Shown here: positions 52,301-63,312 of the stretch, piece after piece
Position numbering within the stretch: the stretch's first letter is position 1
Layout: every line of letters starts with the position of its first letter
From: Oopsacas minuta
Lineage: Eukaryota; Animalia; Porifera
Assembly: GCA_024704765.1 (NCBI GenBank)
Contig: JAKMXF010000111.1
Span: 1,809,627-1,873,626, forward strand
DNA: 64,000 bases
Direction: 5' to 3'
Program-made: the position numbers and the translations under genes
Notes under the pieces: model-generated
Databases searched by the model: none
Told to the model about the DNA's origin: nothing
What the model saw: the letters and a program-made list of their open reading frames with translations, nothing else

Positions 52301-55300
52301 CGATAGTAGAGAGCATCAGTCTGCCACATCAAACTGTTGCTAGAAGAGTAGATGATTGATCATCCAACATTGAAATTTCACTAATTAAACGAATCAATGC
52401 TTGCAAATTTTACAGCTTGGCCCTTGATGAAAGTACCGATGTAAGCGACACAGCTCCACTGGCAATCTTTGTACGTGGTGTCACAGAAAGTTTCGAAATA
52501 ATCGAAGAACTGCTCGACTTATGTCCAATGAAAGACACAACAACTGGGCAAGATATTTTCAATGTAATAAAACATGTGTTTACGAAATTCAAACTTGCAG
52601 ATGAAAAACTAAGTCGTTTAACAACCGATGGAGCCCCTGCTATGACAGGAAAGCATAAAGGTTTTGTTAGCCTTATGCTCAAATCATGACCTCTCCAGTT
52701 ATGGCATACCACTGCATTATTCATCAAGAACAGCTTTGTGTTATAACCTTAGATATGAAACATGTGATGGAAAATGTCCTCAATACAGTCAATTTCATAA
52801 GGTCGAAGGGACTCAATCACAGACAATTCCAAGAGTTTCTTGCAGAGGTAGGATCAGACTATAACGATGTTATTTACTTTAGCCAAGTTCGCTGGCTCAG
52901 CAGAGCGTCTACTCTAACCAGATACTGGTCACTACTTGAAGAAATACAAACATTCATGACCATTAAGGGAAAGGATGTGAGCTTTCTGGAAAATGATCAG
53001 TGGTTGAATGATCTCGCATTTCTAGTTGACATAACTAAGTATCTCGCAGATTTAAATCTGAAACTACAAGGAAGAAAACAATTCGTTAACAACCTGTATG
53101 AGCATGTCAAAGCGTTCATCAACAAATTACAATTATTCCACCAACAATTTATTATGAAAAAGGTGCTACATTTCTCAACATAATCTTCAAGAAAAAGTGA
53201 GACAGTGAACCATGACAAGTATTCTGTGCTGATCAACAGCTTAATCGATGAATTTAAACTTAGATTTTCTGATTTTAGTGACAAATTCGATGAAATGGAG
53301 TTGTTTGTTTGCAGATCCGTTTGGAACTGATGCAACTAATGCTCGGAAATGTTCCAACTGGAACTAATTGAAATACATAATAACTCGGAGAGAAAGAGAG
53401 CTTTTACAGAGCATGACCTTCTGACATTTTATAGTCAATATGTTACATCGGATCTATTTCCTAATTTATCACAACACGCACTTAGGTTCCTTTCCTTATT
53501 TGGCAGCACGTATTGCTGTGAACAGCTTTTCTCAATGATGAAAAATGTTAAAAGCAAGTCTAGATCACTCCTGACAGACACTCATCTATCAGGAATATTA
53601 CTGATTGCGACATCAAGTGTACGAGCAGATATTGACTCTTTGTGTAAACAAAAACAAAGACAGATATCCCATTAGATATGTTCTTTATTATTGAAGTTTA
53701 CTATAATTTAATAAAACATGTAGTGGTTTTTCAATTCTGAAATAATCCGTATTAACGCCATCCCCAAATAAATAACATCATGCTACCTTGATATATCCAA
53801 TGTCGTGCGGCCCTTAAGTAGTTAAAGAAGCCCTAATTTGGCCCGCGAACAAAAAAGATTGGACAAGCCTGCTATAAGCGATTTGTCGCTCAAGCCGATG
53901 TCGTTAAATCCAATGTTTACTGTAGAACTTCAAGGATTGGTTTCTTCTGTCACCACAACACTGGCGAACCCTAAGGCTTAGGAACTTCAGAAATCAACAA
54001 TTCTACGAACTTGGGTGAAATAATCACTAATAATCCCAAATTTAGCCAACTTGGATTAGTTGTGTAAAGTGTAACCAGACCCCAATTTCTATTAACTTAA
54101 CTATGTGGCGACCTCAAATTCCTAGAACTTGACGGCCTGTGGTAACAAGTGATCCTAAACTATATGAACTTGACATAGTAAGGATGTCTAAACTCAAATG
54201 TGCAAGTACGAATTTCATGGTTACCACATTTCCCAAAGTTCGTGAAGATGGCTTCATTGATGATATCAGTTAAGGTAAGTAGCTCAATGTAGTGGTGTCA
54301 ACACCGGCATATGCAGTGGTTTCTCCAATTTATTGGAATACACAAGAGTGCGACAGTGTTCCCAATTTTTACGAACTTGACAGATTGGAGTTATCCTTCA
54401 AACTAATCTCTACGAACATAACTAATCGACTACCTATCACAATATTCATTTTCTATCTTTATCAATAGTGAACCCAATATTCGCAAACTTTAGGAAGTGT
54501 GGTAACCATGGAGGTTGGGAACACTGGATAACATACTTAGTAATTTTATTCAAAGTTGAGGCTGCCATAAGATCAAGAACGTATATATTGGGATCAATGT
54601 CGTCCCAATCAATACATAGTGCAATTGGGTTTATGGTGTCCCTACAAGGCACGTTCAAACAAATTTGGAACACTGATCAACACATTATTATCTTGATGTA
54701 GTGTAGTAGCTGGTGATCCCAATTTCTACAGCTCCAATTTAGACCAATATTTAGATCATACGCTTGACATAGTGCTCTCAGCAGTGATTTTGCAGTTTTG
54801 ACGAATATACCTGTGAGTGTAACAGTGTGAATACCTTTTGATCATAGAGCTAGAGTACATAGGAGGGGTAGTAACGGGTATAATTCTGAATCTTGTGAGT
54901 GAAATTCCTTTGATACTAAATGTAGGTTACATTGGAGGGGGAGTTACTTTTTCTATCCGGAATCTTGACCAAACTTCATCTTCTGAATTAAGCCAAATGA
55001 GATTCGTATTGGATTTAGAGAACGAAATGGATAGTCAAGACTAACATTATAGCTTCTGGAAAACGGGCATCTAAGCGAGAGACGTCTGCAGGAATTGGGT
55101 ACTTTGTCAATTTCCAAAAGATTACAAAATGAGTAAGATAAAGGTGTTTTAGTTATCCTACAACATTTTCAGACAAAAAGTCTGCTTTAAATTTTTGAAA
55201 AGACGTACGTGAGTTTGGCTCCCACATTATTCTGCCATTTTTCGCCACTTTCAGTCTAAAACTGGATTGCAACATAATTGTACTTTAGGTGGAATGTGCG

Positions 55301-57070
55301 ATGAATCATTTAGTCTAGAATATATACAACAACCAAACTACGATATTTGTGTTCGTAGAGACTTTTGCAAAGAATATATTCTGTAAAGCATCAATAACAC
55401 TGGAATCCTAAAGCGTTTCACAAAGTATCCACTTCTTGCTGACAAAACTCGTTTAGATGCCCGTTTGACTAGAAGATATAATGGTAATCTATTCATCAAT
55501 ATCGTCCTCTAAATCCCAAACAAAATTTCCTTAGGCCTCAATATTCGTTAAATGAATGTTTGGTTAATGAACTTGAAGGATTGGTCTTCAGTTGCCAAAA
55601 TTTCCGCCAACCTTGGGGATTAGGTCATCAGCTAACTATGTTTCTACTATCCAGGCTCGAACATGTGAAGTCACCAGTGACCATAATTACTATAAACTTA
55701 ACTGAGTGGTGACCCAATTCTATGAAGTCGACGAATTATGGCAACCAATGGTAATCACTTCTATGGATACCTAAATCCTTCTGTGAAAATTAGTGTCACT
55801 GTTGATTACAGGCAAAAAAGTTCATATTTTGTGAATTGGTCAGTCGGTTGAGTAAGTAGTGATTAGTGTGACGGTTAACTCCTATCTGTCAAGTTCATGG
55901 AAGTGACAACACTCCATCTAGTTCGTGGAATTTTTGTGATCCCAATGCTGAACAAAATCAAACAGTAAATTGAGGCACAACATAATAAAGTACAGTATTT
56001 ATGGGATCTCTTGCAACAATCAATATGGGAGGTAGAAATTCCTTGTCTGACATGTATCAACAAAGAACACAATCCTCACGAACTTTGTGAAGCGTTGTGA
56101 ACAAGGAAGTTGGGAACATTGATTGCTACACTCCGTCAAGTTCATAACAATTGAAGTTGCTTATCTGGCAACTTCATAGAAATTATCTGGGAATTTCAGG
56201 CTGGTCGACAAACTTCGTCAATAATTTATCTTGAAGTGATGTGGTATGGGTAATTTCAATTTCTACGAGCTAGACCGTGTAATGACACCAGTAAGTACAA
56301 TTATCACGAGGATGACGGAAAGTGATATCCAGTCACCTCAATTAATACTAATTAGACATACAGCAGTAACCAGTACAAAAGTTATTTTGATAATGGTTTC
56401 AAATGATTTCATGTTCTAAATCCTCAACAAAATCTCAATTTGGGACATAATTCTGAAAATTATAGTTGGCCAAGATTCAGGATTCAAACCGTAACCCTAC
56501 TTCAATAGACACTACCAGTACTGTCAAAAGAATTGTACTGAGAAGATTCAGGACACAAACCGTAACTCCCCCAAATGTAGCTACTTACACGATAAATGAT
56601 ATTGTAACAATGTCACACTAACACGTATATTCGCCGCAGATGGAACACTACTGGTCATATCACTGGTGACAACACTACGTGAGCTCCTAGAAATTGGGAT
56701 CACTGGTTAACACGCTCCGTGAAGATCATATAAATTGGGTATACTAGTTCCACCAGTTCGTGAAGTTGTTATAATTTGCAGGGCCTGGATTTCCCTTCCG
56801 ATCTTCAACGTGATAATTATAGTCAGTGGTGTACTTACTTTGTAAAACTCGTAGAATTTGAAATCACCTGTCAACACCTTAAGTCATGAAAAATTCTGGG
56901 CTGATGTGTTGACCAATCATCCCAACTTCTAAAAGCTTAACAAAGTAGGGACCCAGAACCTAATTCGCACGTACTCCATTAATTTGAACAGAATCCCAAT
57001 ATTCAAGTACTTGATCATGTGGCAGTCTCAATTTTCATAAATCGAAGAATTATGGTAACAAGTCTTCCCA
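49400..57070. repeat. Old degenerate ~40-41-bp repeat domain in both orientations, interrupted by hAT 51554-53871
   Basis: Recurrent caatttctacgaacttgac-like motifs (e.g. 50701, 54083, 54363, 56257) and the reverse gtcaagttc..aaattggg (e.g. 51000, 56135, 56680, 56718). Longer duplicated blocks such as 50520-50680 versus 56190-56345. Boundaries approximate. Confidence 0.6.
51554..53871 (+). mobile_element. hAT Buster/SPIN-type element (GTF2IRD2/EPM2AIP1-like transposase), pseudogenised
   Basis: TIRs caggcttgtccaa and TSD ttataagc / ctataagc with central TA. Motifs CLLCLIC..NIKRHY, SLALDESTD, TTDGAPAM, HCIIHQEQL, VRWLSR and FGSTYCCEQLFS. Confidence 0.93.
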
Positions 57071-57429
57071 AGTTTCATGGTTGCCAGTTAATCAAAAACT
57101 TAACTCAGTTAATAATTAATCCATTAACCAAAAAAGTTAACTTCCTTAACAGTTAATCCGTTAATTGTCCAAAAAGTAAAGGAAGTTATCATTAAACCGT
57201 TAACGTTAACTTATATTATACAAATTTAGCGGGATTCAGATAGACTTAACTGAAACAGAATTTCAATTTGTAATAATATATATCTGAGATTACCTAATGC
57301 ATAGTAGCGATGATTATCTGTATACTAAATCATTATTATATAGTTGTAACCTATAAGTTAAATCCGCTAAACAAACAACAACAAAATACGGCTCCTTTGC
57401 TCTATACACCATCAAATGAGCATTTGTTA

Positions 57430-57728
57430 CCTCACACAGATATTATGAGATGATCTGGACGTGCGGCGACTATGTTGACTACATTTGGGCGAATGAACAA
57501 AGAAGCTAAGCGTGCAGATCATACAAACCGGTAAGCATGTATCAACCTCGTTAGTCAACTCCCTAGGGAAGTGCAACCGACATCCAAGGCGTAGATTAAT
57601 GAGGTTAGGAAGGAAATGATTCGAATAAAGATACAAGGACGTTCATTAGTTATGTACGGGTAGTAATGATAGAGAAAGGAATCCCTTTGGCCAGTGGTTG
57701 GCAACAAGCAGATGTGGTTAGGGTGATC
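57430..57728 (+). pseudogene. Displaced upstream part of the Gypsy gag remnant
   Basis: Frame DTRTFISYVRVVMIEKGIPLASGWQQADVVRVI joins through a shared ATC, in frame, to RKGTGSDVSS..IKC at 39557 (minus strand), leading into the zinc knuckles. Left boundary approximate. Confidence 0.55.
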
Positions 57729-58048
57729 TCGCCCTATCTTCAACTTTTCCAGTATCTTTGTATCGCCTAATAGTGCGGTACACAAATTTCCTTTTGTTTA
57801 GAGGGAGTTTCAGGATCTTCAAAATTTCCCTTGAAGGATGTGCTTTTGTAAATAATTCTACAAATTGCCGACCTCTCACGTTCCATCACTGATAAAATTG
57901 AAATTTCTCTACAATTGTACTCTGAAACTGTATATTTATGTTAAATACAGTATAATAAGGTAAACTAATAAGATATATCTAATAGCAAAGACTCAGCATG
58001 GAAAAATGGTTCTTATAAATCATGGGACAGAACTTAAAAGCCACCCTG
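57726..58048 (-). mobile_element. 5' portion of the maT element whose remainder is at 39562-40554
   Basis: TIR cagggtggcttttaagttctgtcccatg. MERERSAI..FVYRTIRRYKDTGKVEDRARS ends exactly where SGRP begins at 39562. Confidence 0.85.
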
Positions 58049-58050
58049 TA

Positions 58051-60709
58051 GTTAACTAATAGAATTGATGTTTTTAACGAATTCCTATCCAAATATCATT
58101 ACCATGGCAACAAAATAAAATGTAGGAATTTACGCAATAGTTTTCAATCTAGCTAGGTAGTACTTGTATGTTATTACATTTAGGATATATATGTGTAATT
58201 GTTGATTAATTCAGTTAAAGCAAATGAGTGAAGGAACGTACCATGAACATGCAAAAACTAGAATTTGTCGCTGGTGTTGTTCGAAAGTTAGCAAAATTGT
58301 TTTGAGGAATAATCACCTAAAGGACACTAAGTTAGGTGAATTATGCAACCAATATTTGGAACCAATCAATATTTTAGAAGATAATCGCCCTTATATCGTG
58401 TGTATACTTGTAAGCTCTACTTGTTTACTCTGTCTTCAGTGGATACCACGAGGAGAACACCCGCATGATATGATTGACCTATAATTCGTAACATGCGCTT
58501 AAACACCTGCCGCATTGGGAACTTATGTTCAATGTGTACCGAGAGTTCAAGGTTCGGTCGCAAGAATCAAGCTTCATCTTCGATAATCCATATAAAGCCA
58601 GGAAGACCAACAATCAATTCACCTCAAAAGATGATCAAGATATGTAACAAATGTGCGAGTCATGTTAGTCCAGGAGTTAGTCATATCTGTTTGAAAAAGA
58701 CATTGATTACCAACGCACATAATATGTTGGAACACCATAACGCTATTGATACATTCGTTGGTGATAATGTATACCAAAGATTACATGAATGTAGCCACAA
58801 CAAATCTTCAATTCAGTTGCCTAAAACTTCAGGTGGGAATCCGTTTCATCTTTCTGTCTCCTCTTCCAGTACTGACGAACGTCCAGCCAAATTACCAAAA
58901 ATGGATTTCTCTTACATCGCGAATTTGAAGTGTTCAGGAATGTCATTGTTTAATAAGCAATTAAAGGTGGTAACTCGAATTATTAGAGATGTTGGAGGTC
59001 CATGTCCATCAATGGATAGCTACTATAGAGAACGACATTTGTTGTGCGACGAAATATTCGAATGCATCCAGATTGAGCTGGACTATAGTAAAGAGAAATA
59101 CAAGTCAGAATATAGGAACTCCTGGATAGTGAGATGTTGTAATATCGATGCCCTGATAGAAAAGATCTTTAATATCAGCGGAGAAATATCGGTACATGAT
59201 CTTCATTTCAAGCTTGGATTAGACTTTGGTCGTGGTTTCACTAAACTACTTATGTGTCTACAGAATGATAATTCTGTCGATAACCTGGTTAATCTATGGG
59301 CTACGAGTGCCCCCGAGTGTAATTATAACTTCTCCGTTATGCTCAAGATGACCAGATAAAGCGGTTGATGGAAGAATACAACGTTTCATTTACAGTAGAT
59401 TTGAAAGCTGCTAGTTATTGCTTGGGAATGTTGAACGGACGTCACCCTTGTATATGGTGTACTTGGGACAATAGAAGGGGTTTAGACAATGTTCAGTGGG
59501 AAGAATGATCATCTGCTCACCATCTAGAGATGTTTCAAAAGCTTCAAGATATGTATCGGGGAGATTCTAAGAATCATGCAATTGATTGCGATGGTATTGA
59601 GGATCGCCAAGCACTAAATGTATGGTTGGTAGATTTCATGCAAAAATGTTTAATCTTCCCGAGTTACATCTGTTACCTGGGATAGGACAGAAGTTATACG
59701 ATGCCATCCTCATCACAATGTCTGAGACCAAAAAGAACACCATGAGCAATACTAATAAAACTGAATATTCATAGAAGTGCTTACTATGGAGGAGCATTTG
59801 AAGGTAATGCAATGAGGAAAATCACAAAGAAGGTATTGGAACTCGGGTTTCCAAAGAGTAATTCATCTTATATCACGCTTGTAAAATTCAGGGATGTTGT
59901 TGATTCTTGCTTCGGGAAACACATAAAGGAAGATTTCAAAATGGCAGTATACCATTTTAAACAATCATTTAAACAATCAGGACTTTCTTGCTCTACAAAA
60001 GTTAATGTTCTATATAGGCACCTAATTCCGTTTATCAGGAATTATCTTCCAGATTGAATGGGTTTGGGATCAGTTTCAGAACCAGCATTTGAATCTGCCC
60101 ATTCTAGATTTGGTAGAGTTTGGGAGACAAGATATAAATGTCAAGAGGAAAATGAAAAATTTCCAGAGTGCTTATTAAACACAGTATCAGATGTAAACTT
60201 CGCCAATTTCATAAATAAATCATAGTAAGGTAAGCTAGGTCATGTTCTACATTATATTAGGAATAATAATAATTGGTGGTTAGCTATGGTTAAGCATCAA
60301 TAATCACACGTATATATCCTAAATGTAATATCATACAAGCACTACCTAGCTAGATTGAAAACTGTTGCGTAAATTCATACATTTCATTTTGTTGCCATGA
60401 TAATGACATTTTGGATAGGAATTCGTTAAAAACATCAATTCTATTAGGTATGTAGTAATTAAATTGAATTCTAGGAAGAAATATGTCCGGGAAGAATCAC
60501 GATAATATATTAAAAACGGGGATATGTCAAAATTATTGTAGCCAGAATTTTTTGATTTCATAGATTTTTGCATAATCTGTAAAAACAATTTAATGGCAGG
60601 AAAAATTTTTGGAGTGTATATTCGGATTTCTCATAAAATTCTGTATAAGAAAGTGAAAAAATCTCAACGACCTCATTTTTTTGTCATAATGTTTTTCCAG
60701 GTACCCGTG
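58051..60709 (+). mobile_element. Chapaev (CMC superfamily) transposon body; transposase pseudogene ~58224-60225
   Basis: Chapa-like Zn motifs H..CRWC, P-x3-C-x2-C and C..CSMC, then KICNKC..HIC. Core motifs KLGLDFGRG, TVDLKA..HPCIWC, PELHLL, YYGGAFEGN and GLGSVSEPAFESAH. GTG-3' terminus, ~415-bp TIR (58051-58206 is the reverse complement of ~60296-60450), and 4-bp TSD AATA. Confidence 0.88.
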
Positions 60710-61164
60710 AATATAGCAGCAGGGATCTTTCCGAAGAAATTCACGGACTAAACATTGGTGTAGACACTGGGGTGGGGGGTGGCTTCAGACCCCCACTGGT
60801 TATTTATTGATATAGAGAATTTATGTATCTACCCCAACTGAGTAACACCTAATGAACAATATTTCAGGTCCACTAATGAACAACACTCCTTTGGTTTCAA
60901 CCATACTTGCTTAGAGGAAATTCCTATATTTTGTCACAATATCTTTTGTGAACCAGAATTTTCCAAATAGACGCACTCGACTATCATTGAGTGAAATGAA
61001 ACTCTATTATTTCCCACACTTATCATTTGTATATCATCTACAGTCTGTCAACTAATTATTTAGAATATACTCAGTAATAATAGAACCAAGTCATACATTT
61101 ATATTGAAGTTATACTCTTAACCCGAGTATGGCTAGGTGGGGTATTTTTGTACCCCAGAAAAAA

Positions 61165-61334
61165 TTGGGGTACAAATATACCCCACTCAGTATATATTCG
61201 CTCTTTGTATTTGGGGTACAAATATACCCCACTCAGTATATATTCGCACTTTGTAATTGGGGTACAAATATACCCCACTCAGTATATATTCGCACTTTGT
61301 AATTGGGGCACAAATATACCCCACTCAGTATATA
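61165..61334 (+). repeat. 46-bp tandem repeat, ~3.7 copies, ending at an ambiguous base (N at 61335)
   Basis: Unit ttggggtacaaatataccccactcagtatatattcgcactttgtaa starting at 61165, 61211, 61257 and 61303. Confidence 0.95.
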
Positions 61335-61852
61335 NACAGCATACTTATATAAGTAACACAGTATAATTTCTGCCTTGAAATAAGTTCAAAATATTATTGC
61401 TTTCGAAAGAATAGTGAAACTGCTTAAGTCCGGACTTAAGGGCTTGCCCCATGTCTGCCGGCGGCCGCGGGTCCACTCACTTCGTACTCGGCGTAAGTAC
61501 TTTCTGTTGTACTTTTCTCCAAAACAGATTATCAATTCTTGTATAAATTGTATAGGATGAATATTCGGATAAGACGTACTTCTGTTAGTACGTACTAATT
61601 TTTGTTTCACGAAGGGGTACATACGTGCATACGTCTTATCCGAGTTCTACTGTGTATAAAGTGGAACTCGAATAACATGTACCTATCAGGAACCTATACT
61701 TACTCGAGAGTACCAATTATCGAATAAGCAGGAACCTTCCTCTCATTAATTTTTGAAAATCTCCACCCACGAATAGGAATATTATTAAAATGGTTTGTAT
61801 CAAGAAGCAGTACGTCTTGACTCAAGTTCTACTCTATGTACTATTTGCTTAG

Positions 61853-61893
61853 GGATATTCAAGAATTCAATGTGTTTTTCTAACAAGCGATGG
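61853..61893 (+). CDS. Adhesion GPCR small exon encoding the start of the GPS motif (GYSRIQCVFLTSDG)
   Basis: AG acceptor at 61851-61852 and GTAAGT donor at 61894. The phase-2 junction joins in frame to the exon at 62148. Confidence 0.7.
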
Positions 61894-62147
61894 GTAAGTT
61901 TCTATTTGTATTCTCTCAAGAATGATATATATCATACAGTAGTGTCTGTAATAGCAATCGTTTAACAGCAATATAGAAACATTAATGATGACATAAAGTG
62001 CATTATCTATTGTAAATAGTTCTCATAATAGTAAATTCGTGTAGCAAGAAAATTACTGCAAAATATGATTTGCTAATTTGGCAAATTTTACTATCCACTG
62101 ACTGTATACACAAGAATACATTACACTACATATAATGTAATTTCTAG

Positions 62148-63312
62148 GACTTGGTCTACTGAAGGAATCAAGACGGTTATTAATAGGAACGGTAGTGTGG
62201 AATGCACCACTATACATCTATCAACATTCGCAATATTAGTTTCCACAGCATCAAAATGCGAAAAACCAATCAGCGATATTTCGCAATTACTCTTACAGAT
62301 AACAAGCTATACTCTACTCTCAATTTCTCTGATATTTCTACTCATGTCACTTTTCATTTTCATATTTTCAGGAAAAAGATTCTTTCGTTTAGACATCAAT
62401 GTAATGCATTTTAATCATACCGTGGGTATCTTGCTAGCCATATTTGTCTTCATATTTGGTGCAGAACTATTTGTAGAATATCCAGCTGTTTGCACCATAG
62501 TTGCATTCCTATTGCATTTCTTATGGACAAATGTGTTTCTGTCTTCTCTCGCCACGGCTGTACTCATTTTCTATTCAATTTGGATAGTAGGACTCAATAC
62601 ACGAAGGAAACTATTCCCTATTCTTATCCCGATAAGTTGGGTTGTATCATTCCTCTGGGCTGTAATATGGATTATTTATGGGAAAGTTGTTGCTGTTGCC
62701 TACTTAGATTCACAAATTGAGTCTAACAAAACAGATATGAATTGTAGTAATCCATGCTTTATAAGCACGCGAGCGAATTTGATTTGGACATTCTTAGTCC
62801 CTATTTTCGTTGTCCTTGCAGTAAATATCCTAATACTAATCCTTGTACTCATCAAAATACGAATGGTTCTAAATAGGACAAAAGGTGCTGAATCAGAATT
62901 GAAGAGGTTTAGAAGAGTGGCCTTTGGCGCTATGGTTTTGGTTCCAACTTTAAGTCTTCCTTTCATCATATCGATACCTTTGGCATTCCTTAGGTTTTAC
63001 CGTGACAACGAATTAGCAGCCACAATCTTCCTATGGGTCTATGTAATTTCTACTACACCAATTGGACTGGTTCACTTTTTCCTTGTCACCTTCAGGATAC
63101 CTGAAGCTAGATTACCAAATGTATTCTGTAGAAAAAAATATTTCGTGAAAGATCCAACTACTAGAAGTAGTAGTGTCGGGGGATTGAAATCACCTTTACC
63201 AAAATCAAATGAGGATAACACCACTGCTCTGAAGTTCAATATAATACGTCCAGTCGCAAAAGGTACCGTAACTGATATTGTGAATGAGATTAATAGTAAG
63301 GGACCTTTATGA
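62148..63312 (+). CDS. Adhesion (family B2) GPCR terminal exon: GPS end, 7TM and C-tail
   Basis: ttctag acceptor. TWSTEG..VECTTIHLSTFAILV (HL/S cleavage site), seven hydrophobic segments, C..VAFLLHFLW, CFIS..LIWTFLVP; stop TGA. The listed ORF starts at GTG 62197, but the exon is open from 62149. Confidence 0.9.

Noticed and set aside
49400-57070. CRISPR-like array or intact repeat-protein gene
   Set aside because: The units are highly degenerate, switch orientation and show no constant repeat/unique spacer pattern. No long ORF is present.
57090-57215. GTTAA/TTAAC-rich cluster as a novel repeat
   Set aside because: Most likely the subterminal repeats of a truncated non-autonomous hAT-type element. 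No ends or TSD were found to support a call.
61165-61334. CRISPR array
   Set aside because: The palindromic units are separated by identical rather than unique sequence, there are no cas genes, and the context is eukaryotic.
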